Shown piece by piece: positions 1 through 8,832 of a stretch of 64,000 bases of DNA. A program made the translations under genes and the position numbers. The stretch's first letter is position 1; the number at the start of each line of letters is the position of its first letter. A model generated the notes under the pieces. The model worked only from the letters and a program-made list of their open reading frames with translations, did not search any database and had not been told where the DNA came from. The stretch comes from an uncultured Bacteroides sp. Lineage in GTDB: Bacteria > Bacteroidota > Bacteroidia > Bacteroidales > Bacteroidaceae. The stretch spans positions 22,664 through 86,663 of the forward strand of contig URYL01000011.1 of the NCBI GenBank assembly GCA_900552075.1, written 5' to 3'.

Positions 1-2136
1 ACTCTATATACCTGCGACGATGCCCAGATGCTGAAAGGAGTGGAAGTGGTGGCGCAAAAACCGCTCGTAAAAGCAGAAATCGACAAGATTTCCTACAGCA
101 TAGAAGATGACCCCGACTCAAAGACCAACACGACTCTTGAGATGCTACGAAAAGTGCCTCTTGTCACTGTCGACGGGGAAGACAACATTCAGGTCAACGG
201 CTCCAGCAACTTCAAGGTACACGTCAACGGAAAGCCCAACACGCTGATGAGCAACAACCCGAAGGAAGTGCTGCGAAGCCTGCCTGCCAATTCCGTCAAA
301 TCCATTGAAGTGATTACAGAACCGGGGGCCAAATACGATGCGGAAGGCATCGGAGGTATCCTGAACATCATTACGACCGATGCCAAGATGCAAGGATATA
401 ATGTGACCCTCGGAGCAAACGCAAACAACATGGGAATTTCAGGCTATGCCTACGGAACGGTACAGGTAGGAAAATTCACTCTCACCGGAAACTATTCATA
501 CAACTACCAGAACCAGCCCCGCAGCCTTTCGGAAAGCGGACGCGAGGATTTCACCTCCACCGATTACCGTTATCTGCAAACACAAGGTTCTTCCAAAAAC
601 AAGGGAAATTTCCAGTTCGGAAATATCGAAGGAAGCTATGAGATAGACACACTGAACCTGATTACCTTCTCGGCCAACGTGTTTGGAGGAAAATTCGACA
701 TTCAGGGCGATTCGCACACGGCCATGAGCGACAATGACTGGAACAAACGTTACAGCTACCTGACACGCAACCAGTCGACCAGCCAGTTCGGAAACATCGG
801 CATCAATGCCGACTACCAGCATTCTTTTAAAAAGAAAGGTGAATACCTCACCTTGTCCTACAAGTTCAACAATTCGCCCAACAACAACGAGGCAGACACC
901 TATTACGACGAGGCGCAAGACGTGCCTTTCAGTCTGCCGCACCAATATTTCGACAATGATGCCCACACGGCAGAACATACCACACAGATTGATTATGTCA
1001 ACCCGTTCAACGGTATCCACTACATGGATGCCGGAATGAAATATATTTACCGCGAGAATTACAGTGACAGCCAGTACTTCCTGGAAAACGCCCAGGGCGA
1101 GATGGAGGCCAGTCAGGACCTTTCAAGCAAATACCGGCAGGGGCAGCACATCCTTGCCGCCTACGCGGACTACCAGCTGAAGTGGAAAAAGTTCGGAGCG
1201 AAAGCCGGTGTGCGCTATGAACATACATTTATGGACGTGGAATACGACTACATGCCCGAACGCAATTTCAAGACCGGATTCGACGACGTGGTTCCCACCC
1301 TGAACCTCTCCTACATGCTGGGAACGAGCAGCACCCTCCGTGCCAACTACAACATGCGTATCAACCGACCGGGAATATGGTACCTGAATCCTTTCCGCGA
1401 TACCAGCAACCCGACTTCCATCAGTTACGGTAATCCGGACCTGGATACGGAAAAGGCACACATCCTCGGCATGACGTTCAACAGCTTCAGCGCCAAATTC
1501 AGCCTGAATGCGAACCTCACGTACACCTTCATCAACAATGGCATCGAACGCTATTCTTTCATGAACAACGGAGTGCAGGAAAACACTTACGGCAACGTGG
1601 GAAAAAGCCAGCGTACACGCCTGGCCTTATGGATGAACTGGAACCCGGGCAGCACCACCCGCATCTCGCTGAACGCCGGCGGCGACTATGCCGACTACCA
1701 GAGCAAGGAACTGAACTCGCGCAACAGCGGATTCTCGGGCAATGTGTTCGGCAACGTGCAGCAGACCATTCCCTGGGAACTGCGCCTCAGCCTTTACGGA
1801 GGCGGAAGCACCCCTTACGTGTCGCTGCAAGGAAAAGGTTCTTCCTATTATTATTACGGCATCAATCTAAGCCGTTCTTTCCTGAAGGAAAAACGGCTGA
1901 ACATCTCACTCTTTGCCAGCAGCATTTTCCAGAAATACAATTCCTACCGCAATGAAACGGTGACCGATACCTTCCGCTCCTGGTCGGAAAGCAGCTATCC
2001 GTCACGCAGATACGGCATCAGCATCAGCTGGCGGTTCGGAGAATTGAAAACACAGGTAAAAAAGACCCAGCGCAGCATTACGAACGATGACGTGAAGGCA
2101 GGTGGCGACAATAAGACAGGCGGAAACATGCAGTAA
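1..2136 (+). CDS. TonB-dependent receptor-like outer membrane beta-barrel protein (5' partial)
   Basis: Frame is open from base 1. Plug-like motifs (LRKVPLVTVD, VKSIEVITEPGAKYDAEG-GGILNI), GNPDL motif, amphipathic beta-strands. Confidence 0.85.
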   Translation, partial: TLYTCDDAQMLKGVEVVAQKPLVKAEIDKISYSIEDDPDSKTNTTLEMLRKVPLVTVDGEDNIQVNGSSNFKVHVNGKPNTLMSNNPKEVLRSLPANSVKSIEVITEPGAKYDAEGIGGILNIITTDAKMQGYNVTLGANANNMGISGYAYGTVQVGKFTLTGNYSYNYQNQPRSLSESGREDFTSTDYRYLQTQGSSKNKGNFQFGNIEGSYEIDTLNLITFSANVFGGKFDIQGDSHTAMSDNDWNKRYSYLTRNQSTSQFGNIGINADYQHSFKKKGEYLTLSYKFNNSPNNNEADTYYDEAQDVPFSLPHQYFDNDAHTAEHTTQIDYVNPFNGIHYMDAGMKYIYRENYSDSQYFLENAQGEMEASQDLSSKYRQGQHILAAYADYQLKWKKFGAKAGVRYEHTFMDVEYDYMPERNFKTGFDDVVPTLNLSYMLGTSSTLRANYNMRINRPGIWYLNPFRDTSNPTSISYGNPDLDTEKAHILGMTFNSFSAKFSLNANLTYTFINNGIERYSFMNNGVQENTYGNVGKSQRTRLALWMNWNPGSTTRISLNAGGDYADYQSKELNSRNSGFSGNVFGNVQQTIPWELRLSLYGGGSTPYVSLQGKGSSYYYYGINLSRSFLKEKRLNISLFASSIFQKYNSYRNETVTDTFRSWSESSYPSRRYGISISWRFGELKTQVKKTQRSITNDDVKAGGDNKTGGNMQ

Positions 2137-2175
2137 ATTCCTGTAATTTTTCTATCTTTGCGAAAAACAAACAAG

Positions 2176-3021
2176 ATGGAAAAGGAACTTCCCAAAATCG
2201 ACCTGCCGGAAGAATGGCTCATCGGCACCGGCATCAGCAAGGAACTGCTGGGACTCTATACCAATTATCCCGTGCGCCTGAAATGTGAAATCTTCGTACT
2301 CTGCATGTCCGGAGAGGTGGAAGCTTCGGTCAACCTGAATAAAATAAAGGTGGAAGCCAACGACTTCATCACACTTACCCCCGGAAGCATTTTCCAGATA
2401 AACGACATCAAAGGCGACCTGAACATCTACTTCGGCGGATTCTCGTCCGAATACATGGAACACAACATCCAGTCGCATTCTTTCCTCGACACCATGTACC
2501 TTACCTTAGGACGCCCCGTCATCCGTCTGAAACCGGAAGGAGCCAAAATGATGGAGGAATACATGCAGCTGCTCATCAAGATGTATGAGTTCCTGCCCGA
2601 GAAAATCAGGCCGGAAATCGCCACCAACCTGTATGCCGATATACATAAAGGTATATCGATGCTCTACCGGAACAAGACCGACGAAGTGCATAACCTGTCG
2701 AAAAGCGAACTGATTTGCCGCAACTTTGCCCAGCTGGTCATGCAGCACTACAACCAGACGCGCAACGTGGCCTGGTATGCAGAGAAGCTACAAATCACGC
2801 ATGCCCACCTCTGTACTACAGTGAAACAGATTACGGGGAAAACCTGCGTGGACATCATCTCTTCGATGGTCATCATGGATGCCAAGTCGCAGCTGAAGTC
2901 ATCGCAGCTTTCCATTCAGAACATTTCCGACTCCCTGAACTTTGCCAACGTGTCGTTCTTCGGAAAATATTTCAAACGATACGTGGGAATGAGTCCACTG
3001 GAATACCGGAACAACGGATAA
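2176..3021 (+). CDS. AraC family transcriptional regulator
   Basis: C-terminal AraC HTH (ISDSLNFANVSFFGKYFKRYVGMSPLEYR). ATG at 2176 follows a TATCTTTG -7 box at 2153-2160. Confidence 0.9.
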   Translation: MEKELPKIDLPEEWLIGTGISKELLGLYTNYPVRLKCEIFVLCMSGEVEASVNLNKIKVEANDFITLTPGSIFQINDIKGDLNIYFGGFSSEYMEHNIQSHSFLDTMYLTLGRPVIRLKPEGAKMMEEYMQLLIKMYEFLPEKIRPEIATNLYADIHKGISMLYRNKTDEVHNLSKSELICRNFAQLVMQHYNQTRNVAWYAEKLQITHAHLCTTVKQITGKTCVDIISSMVIMDAKSQLKSSQLSIQNISDSLNFANVSFFGKYFKRYVGMSPLEYRNNG

Positions 3022-3072
3022 AAAAACGGAACGCATCCAAACGCTTTCTGAGGCCGTTTTGAGGTCCTCAGA

Positions 3073-3204
3073 AAAACGCCGAAGCGTTCGTCAGAAAACG
3101 CACTTGCGTTTGAAGTAAAACGCCTTTACGTTTTGATCAAAACGCACTTACGTTTTAAGTGAAACGCACTTGCGTTTTAACCCAAACGTACTTGCGTTTT
3201 TTAT
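3073..3204. repeat. Tandem array of six 22-bp units with palindromic core AAAACG-N6-CGTTTT
   Basis: Units start at 3073, 3095, 3117, 3139, 3161 and 3183, e.g. AAAACGCACTTACGTTTT. Confidence 0.9.
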
Positions 3205-3219
3205 ACCCCCTGAAAAGCC

Positions 3220-6069
3220 ATGAAAAAAACGTACTTTTCCCTCCTTTTTTGCCTGGTCAGCCTCTTGCTGCAAGCTGCTTCCAGCGTGCGGCTCACCCCT
3301 ATTCCGTCTCTCCCGCAGCTGCCAGTGAGTGCCATACACCGCATTTTTCAGGACAGTGAGGGAATGATGTGGTATGGCACGGTCAACGGGCTGTGCCGCG
3401 ACGACGGCTACCAAGTGGATGTCATCCGCTCCGACATCCATACGCCTGGACTGCTGCGCAACAACCTAGTGCAGTCCATTTCAGAAGATGCGAAAGGCCG
3501 GATCTGGTTCGGTACGGATGCCGGTGCCTACATACTGGACAAGACCGACCGACAGGTCACTCCCCTGGATCCGGAGAGATTGCAAGGAAGTGTGGTCTAC
3601 AGCATCCGGAAAACCTCAGACGGATGTATGTGGCTGGCCAGCAACAACAGACTGATCCGGTATGACGCATCGGGCAAGCACCAGAAAACCTATTCGTTGC
3701 ACAATTCTGAAGGAAAACCTTCGTGGATGGCCGGATTCTGCGAAAGCCGGCAAAAGGAAATCCTGATTACCTTAAGCCGGGAAGGCATCTACCGCTACGA
3801 CCGGAAACAGGATACCTTTGTACGTTATGCCGTCCCTCCTGCCGGACGGAACCTGGGCTACCTCGCCCAAGACTGTACACACAATTACTTTTGGGTGGGG
3901 ACCAATGGCAACGGCGTGCTGCTTTTCAATCCGTCGGCATCCAAGGATTCCCTCTACATCTATTCCCCTCTCCCCGTCAATCCCATGGGAGAAAAGGAGG
4001 GCAATATCCTTTACTTGGCACAGGACCACAATGACGGCACACTTTGGATGACCACCCACAGTTCCCTGATAGCCATGCGCTACGATGAAAAGAAGCGCCA
4101 ACTGGTGCAGACCGATTTCCGGCTGCCGGCAGAATACGGCCACATGCTGAACGAAATCTACAAGGACAAGAACGGGGCTTTATGGGTATCCTCTTTCGAC
4201 GGAAAGAGTTTCATCGTGCATTTCACGGAAGACGCCCCGGAAGAATTTCCACTTCCGGCCCTGTCACAACGCGTAAAATCCCAGCCGGCCATCATGGCCT
4301 TGAGCGATGCCGGCGAAGGTAAGCTGTGGATATCACAGGAACGTACCGGACTCGGACTGTATGACCTGACCCACGACCGCGTATCGCTCTATCCCGATTT
4401 TCCATCGCTGGCAGGTCTCTCCTTGGGAACCATCAAGCAGATGTCGGAAGCCCGCAGGGAAGGAAACGTATGGGTGATTCCCGAAGGAGACAATCTTATC
4501 TATGAGTTCAGACGGGAAGGCATGCAGATTGTACACGTGCGCACCCTGTCACTGCCCTCTCCAAAGCCCGACGAATATTTCACGCAAGCCTACCAGGACG
4601 AGCGTGGCCGACTATGGGGAGGTACCAACCACGGGCTATATGCCTTCAATCTGTCCGAAGCACAATGGTATGCCCTCTGCGACACACTGGGACAGGTGAG
4701 CAGCATCAAGGAAGACAAGCTCGGAAACCTGTGGATAGGTACTACCGACAAGGGACTTTACCGACAGAGCAAGACCGGCATCTGCCAAAGAATCGTCCCA
4801 GACCTCTCCGTCACCTGCCTGAGCCTGCAAGAGGACACCTGCGTCTGGATGGGCACACAGGAGGGAGGAGTATATGCCCTGCACGTGCGGTCCGGACAAC
4901 TGACCGACCATACCCGGTTTTGCGGACTCACCGGCAACGTGGTGAACCAGCTGGAATACGACGTGTACGGCCATCTGTGGATTGACACCAACCAGAAACT
5001 GATAGAGTACAACCCGAGAAACCGCTCGTTTTCCACCTACCTCACTACCGACAATTCCCTGCTGCTCCACCGTTTCATTCCTACCGCCCTCTGCAAGGGG
5101 CACGACGGACGGATTTATTTTGGAGGCATTCCGGGCATCTGTGCCGTAACCCCTTCCGCCCGGCTCGACCAGCCCAGCCAGAATATCCCAACCTTCATCA
5201 CCGGTATTTATGTGATGGAAAAGCTCAAAAAGAAAAGCGGCGACCTGACCCTCCAGCCCGACGAATACAACCTGGAAATTCATTTTTCTTCACTCGATTA
5301 CCTGAATGCAGGCAAGATACGCTATGCCTACCGCATGACCGGACTCGACAGGGAATGGAACTACACTGCCGAGGGACACCCCATGGCCGTCTACAAACAC
5401 CTTCCCAAAGGAAACTATGTGTTCGAAGTGAAAGCCACCGACGGCTACGGTGTATGGAGTGATAAAATCACCCGAATCCATATCAAGCGCCTGCCCGCTT
5501 TCTACCAAACCGGATGGGCCATGGGGGTTTATCTGCTCCTCATAGTGGGTGGAATTTATGCCGGAGTCCGTTTCTACCTCCGAAGAATGAAACGGGAAAA
5601 CGAAGAACTGTATGCCGACAGCACGGAACTGATGAAAATGCGCTCGTACCTGAACGGCAACCGGCAGGATGTCCATCCGGAAGTGCAGATTTCCGACCGG
5701 GAGTTTGCCAGCCTCGACAAGATGCTGCTCGACAACATTCTGAAAGCCGTGGAAGACAATCTGAGCGAACCGGATTTCGACGTGCAGCACCTAGCCGAAA
5801 AAGTCAACATGTCGCGCTCCACCCTGACCCGCAAGCTGAAGGCCATCACCGGACTGACCCCGTTGGAATACATCCGCCGCGTCAAGATGCAGCATGCCTG
5901 CCGGATGCTGAAAGACAACCATACCACCGTGAACGAAGTGGCCCTGGCCCTCGGCTATTACAACCGGAAATATTTCACCGCCTGCTTCAAGGAAGAGTAC
6001 GGTCTCACGCCCAGCGAATACCAGAAAAAGCAGGAACAAGAGGGTATATCTGAATCAAAAGAGGGGTAA
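3220..6069 (+). CDS. HTCS-like membrane sensor/regulator: beta-propeller + Y_Y_Y + TM + AraC HTH, without kinase or receiver domains
   Basis: Signal peptide; propeller repeats (QDSEGMMWYGT, EDAKGRIWFGT, EDKLGNLWIGT); Y_Y_Y domain (IRYAYRMTGLDREW...LPKGNYVFEVKA); one TM; AraC HTH starts about 45 aa after the TM. Confidence 0.85.
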   Translation: MKKTYFSLLFCLVSLLLQAASSVRLTPIPSLPQLPVSAIHRIFQDSEGMMWYGTVNGLCRDDGYQVDVIRSDIHTPGLLRNNLVQSISEDAKGRIWFGTDAGAYILDKTDRQVTPLDPERLQGSVVYSIRKTSDGCMWLASNNRLIRYDASGKHQKTYSLHNSEGKPSWMAGFCESRQKEILITLSREGIYRYDRKQDTFVRYAVPPAGRNLGYLAQDCTHNYFWVGTNGNGVLLFNPSASKDSLYIYSPLPVNPMGEKEGNILYLAQDHNDGTLWMTTHSSLIAMRYDEKKRQLVQTDFRLPAEYGHMLNEIYKDKNGALWVSSFDGKSFIVHFTEDAPEEFPLPALSQRVKSQPAIMALSDAGEGKLWISQERTGLGLYDLTHDRVSLYPDFPSLAGLSLGTIKQMSEARREGNVWVIPEGDNLIYEFRREGMQIVHVRTLSLPSPKPDEYFTQAYQDERGRLWGGTNHGLYAFNLSEAQWYALCDTLGQVSSIKEDKLGNLWIGTTDKGLYRQSKTGICQRIVPDLSVTCLSLQEDTCVWMGTQEGGVYALHVRSGQLTDHTRFCGLTGNVVNQLEYDVYGHLWIDTNQKLIEYNPRNRSFSTYLTTDNSLLLHRFIPTALCKGHDGRIYFGGIPGICAVTPSARLDQPSQNIPTFITGIYVMEKLKKKSGDLTLQPDEYNLEIHFSSLDYLNAGKIRYAYRMTGLDREWNYTAEGHPMAVYKHLPKGNYVFEVKATDGYGVWSDKITRIHIKRLPAFYQTGWAMGVYLLLIVGGIYAGVRFYLRRMKRENEELYADSTELMKMRSYLNGNRQDVHPEVQISDREFASLDKMLLDNILKAVEDNLSEPDFDVQHLAEKVNMSRSTLTRKLKAITGLTPLEYIRRVKMQHACRMLKDNHTTVNEVALALGYYNRKYFTACFKEEYGLTPSEYQKKQEQEGISESKEG

Positions 6070-6202
6070 AAATGCGTCAAAACGCCTTTTGAAGCATTTT
6101 ATACCGCTCTTTGGCACATTCTTTTCTCTGCCTCGCCAAAGAATCTTTTTACATTTGGTGACGTCAACCTTAGTGACAAACTCCGAAAAACAAATTGACA
6201 AC

Positions 6203-8677
6203 ATGAGAAAAGAAATTCTGTTTCTGGCCGCACTGGCCTCCTGTATGTCCTCCTTTGCGCAGCATTTTGAAAGAACTGCCCAAGGAGGAAAATTCCAGAC
6301 CGCACAACCTGTATTGAACGGGGAAGTGATTTTCTACTCTCCTTCCATCGTGCGCATCGTGAAATATCCTTCGGCCGAAATGCCCGAGAAAAAAAGTTAT
6401 CCCGTCATCAAGACTCCGGAGAAAGTGGAGATTGCGTACACCCAGAACGGGAACACGGTATGCATGACTGCCGGAAAAATGAAGGTGACCTTGGATGTGG
6501 CTACCGGAAAAGTGACTTACACCGATGAAAAAGGAAAAACCTTATTAAATGAAAAAGTAGAAGGCACTAACTTCATCCCCCGGAAAGATGTCAACCGCGA
6601 CGCGTATACCATAAGCCAGGCCTTCAGCCTTGCACCCGATGAAGCCATCTACGGACTGGGACAACGCCAAAGTGGAGCCATGAACCACCGCAACCAGCAG
6701 ATTCACCTGTCAAACGGCAACACCAATATCTGTATCCCCTATTTCACTTCCGAGAAGGGTTATGGTGTGTACTGGGACAATCCGGGTATCTCCGATTTCA
6801 GCGACACGCCCTATGAAACCTCATTCTCTTCACAGGTAGGCCTTTGCTCCGACTATTATTTCCTTTATAAAGACGGTACGCAGGACGGCGTGATTGCCTG
6901 TATCCGCGACCTGACGGGAAAGGCCACCATGTTCCCGCTCTGGACCATGGGCTACTGGCAGTGCCGCGAACGCTACAAGAGCCCCGACGAACTCTGCGGC
7001 GTGCTCGACAAGTACCGCAAGCTCGAAATCCCTCTCGACGGTATCGTACAGGACTGGCAGTACTGGGGATGTGATTCCAACTGGAACGCCATGAAGTTCA
7101 TGAACCCGCGCTACATCAACAAGATGGACGATCCGGCAGCCCTGCGCTACCTGCCGAACGACGAAGACAAGAACGCCCGCTATCCGAAACCCCGCTTCAA
7201 GAGCCCGGAAGAGATGGTGGAATACGTACACAAGAATAATGCCCACCTCATGATTTCCGTATGGGCCAGCTTCGGACCGTGGACCGACCAGTACAAGGAA
7301 CTCGACAAGATGGGGGCCTTGCTGAAATTCGAAACCTGGCCGCCCAAATCAGGTGCTCATCCGTACGACCCGTTCAACAAGGACGCACGCGACCTCTACT
7401 GGCGTTACCTCAGCCATTTGCATCAGATGGGCATTGATGCTTGGTGGACCGACTCTACAGAACCTGACCACCTGAACCCCAAGGAAAGCGACTTCGACCT
7501 GCAAACGGCCGACGGCTCCTTCCGTTCTGTACACAATGCCTTCCCGCTGTCGCACAACCGGGGTATCTATGAACACCAACGCGCCGTATCGGATGCCAAA
7601 CGTGTGTTCCAGATGACCCGTTCGGGCTACCTGGGCCAGCAGCACTACGGTGCCCTGAGCTGGAGCGGCGACGTGGTATCGAGCTGGGACGTACTCCGCC
7701 AGCAGATTCCGGCCGGACTGAACTTCACGCTTTGCGGTATCCCGTTCTGGAATACAGACTTAGGAGGTTTCTTCGGCTGGGAATACAACAACGACTGCAC
7801 CAACGTGGCTTATCAGGAACTGCATGTACGCTGGTTCCAGTGGGGCTGTTTCATGCCGCTGATGCGTAACCACTGCTCTTCACCGATGCTGAACGAAATC
7901 GACCTCTTCGGAAAGGAAGGCGACTGGGCCTACGACGCACAGAAACGCATCATTGAACTCCGCTACCGCCTCTTACCTTATACATATAGCCTGAACGGAG
8001 CCGTAGTACAGGAAGACGGCTGCATGATGCGCCCGTTAGTGATGGACTTTGCTACCGACCGCAAGGCCATCCTGCTGGACAATGAATATCTCTTCGGCAA
8101 GCAGATTTTGGTACGTCCGGTCACTGAACCGCTGTACACCAAGAAAGTGGAAGGCAACAAGGGTGTGACCACTGTGCCCGACGTGGCCAAGGCTTCCGCT
8201 CCGGTGAAAGTATACTTGCCGAAAGGCACGAAATGGATTGATTTCTGGACCAACGAAACCGTGGAAGGCGGACAAGATATCCAGCGGGAATGCCCGGTAG
8301 ACATCCTGCCGCTCTACATCAAGGCCGGAAGTATCCTGCCCTTGGGTCCGAAGGTACAATACTCTACCGAGAAGAAATGGGACAACCTGGACATCTGTGT
8401 TTATCCGGGAGCCGACGGCGAATTCACCCTCTACGAAGACGAGTTCGACAACTACAATTACGAAAAGGGAGCGTTCTCTACCATCCGCTTCCACTGGAAC
8501 GATGCGACCCGCACGCTGACCATCGACAACCGTCAGGGAGAATTCCCGCACATGCTGAAAAAGCGCAATTTCTGTATCACCCTGATGCAGCCGGGCAAAC
8601 AGTCGGCTGAAACCGTCACGGTGAAACCCGACAAGAAAGTGACTTATACGGGTAAAAAGATTTCTATAAAACTGTAA
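6203..8677 (+). CDS. Glycoside hydrolase family 31 (alpha-glucosidase/alpha-xylosidase-like), secreted
   Basis: GH31 motifs IPLDGIVQDWQYW, WWTDSTEPD, WSGDV, WNTDLGGF, RWFQWG; C-terminal YEDE-DNYNYEKG; signal peptide from MRKEILFL. Confidence 0.9.
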   Translation: MRKEILFLAALASCMSSFAQHFERTAQGGKFQTAQPVLNGEVIFYSPSIVRIVKYPSAEMPEKKSYPVIKTPEKVEIAYTQNGNTVCMTAGKMKVTLDVATGKVTYTDEKGKTLLNEKVEGTNFIPRKDVNRDAYTISQAFSLAPDEAIYGLGQRQSGAMNHRNQQIHLSNGNTNICIPYFTSEKGYGVYWDNPGISDFSDTPYETSFSSQVGLCSDYYFLYKDGTQDGVIACIRDLTGKATMFPLWTMGYWQCRERYKSPDELCGVLDKYRKLEIPLDGIVQDWQYWGCDSNWNAMKFMNPRYINKMDDPAALRYLPNDEDKNARYPKPRFKSPEEMVEYVHKNNAHLMISVWASFGPWTDQYKELDKMGALLKFETWPPKSGAHPYDPFNKDARDLYWRYLSHLHQMGIDAWWTDSTEPDHLNPKESDFDLQTADGSFRSVHNAFPLSHNRGIYEHQRAVSDAKRVFQMTRSGYLGQQHYGALSWSGDVVSSWDVLRQQIPAGLNFTLCGIPFWNTDLGGFFGWEYNNDCTNVAYQELHVRWFQWGCFMPLMRNHCSSPMLNEIDLFGKEGDWAYDAQKRIIELRYRLLPYTYSLNGAVVQEDGCMMRPLVMDFATDRKAILLDNEYLFGKQILVRPVTEPLYTKKVEGNKGVTTVPDVAKASAPVKVYLPKGTKWIDFWTNETVEGGQDIQRECPVDILPLYIKAGSILPLGPKVQYSTEKKWDNLDICVYPGADGEFTLYEDEFDNYNYEKGAFSTIRFHWNDATRTLTIDNRQGEFPHMLKKRNFCITLMQPGKQSAETVTVKPDKKVTYTGKKISIKL

Positions 8678-8690
8678 AACACATGCTCAG

Positions 8691-8725
8691 AGAAGGTGCG
8701 GCTTGAGGAGTCCCGCACCTTCTTT
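8691..8725 (+). terminator. Hairpin between GH31 and susC
   Basis: 11-bp stem AGAAGGTGCGG / CCGCACCTTCT followed by a short T run. Confidence 0.6.
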
Positions 8726-8832
8726 AAAAACACCATCCACACTAATACGAAACACATTACACTCCTCCTATAGGATTATTTAGACCGAACCTTTTTATAA
8801 TTCTATTTTATAACCTTTTAAAACCTATATTT

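Noticed and set aside
3073..3204. CRISPR interpretation of the 22-bp arrays (also 28428 and 46331)
   Set aside because: The period is too short, linkers are only 4-10 nt with no unique spacers, and no cas genes are present.
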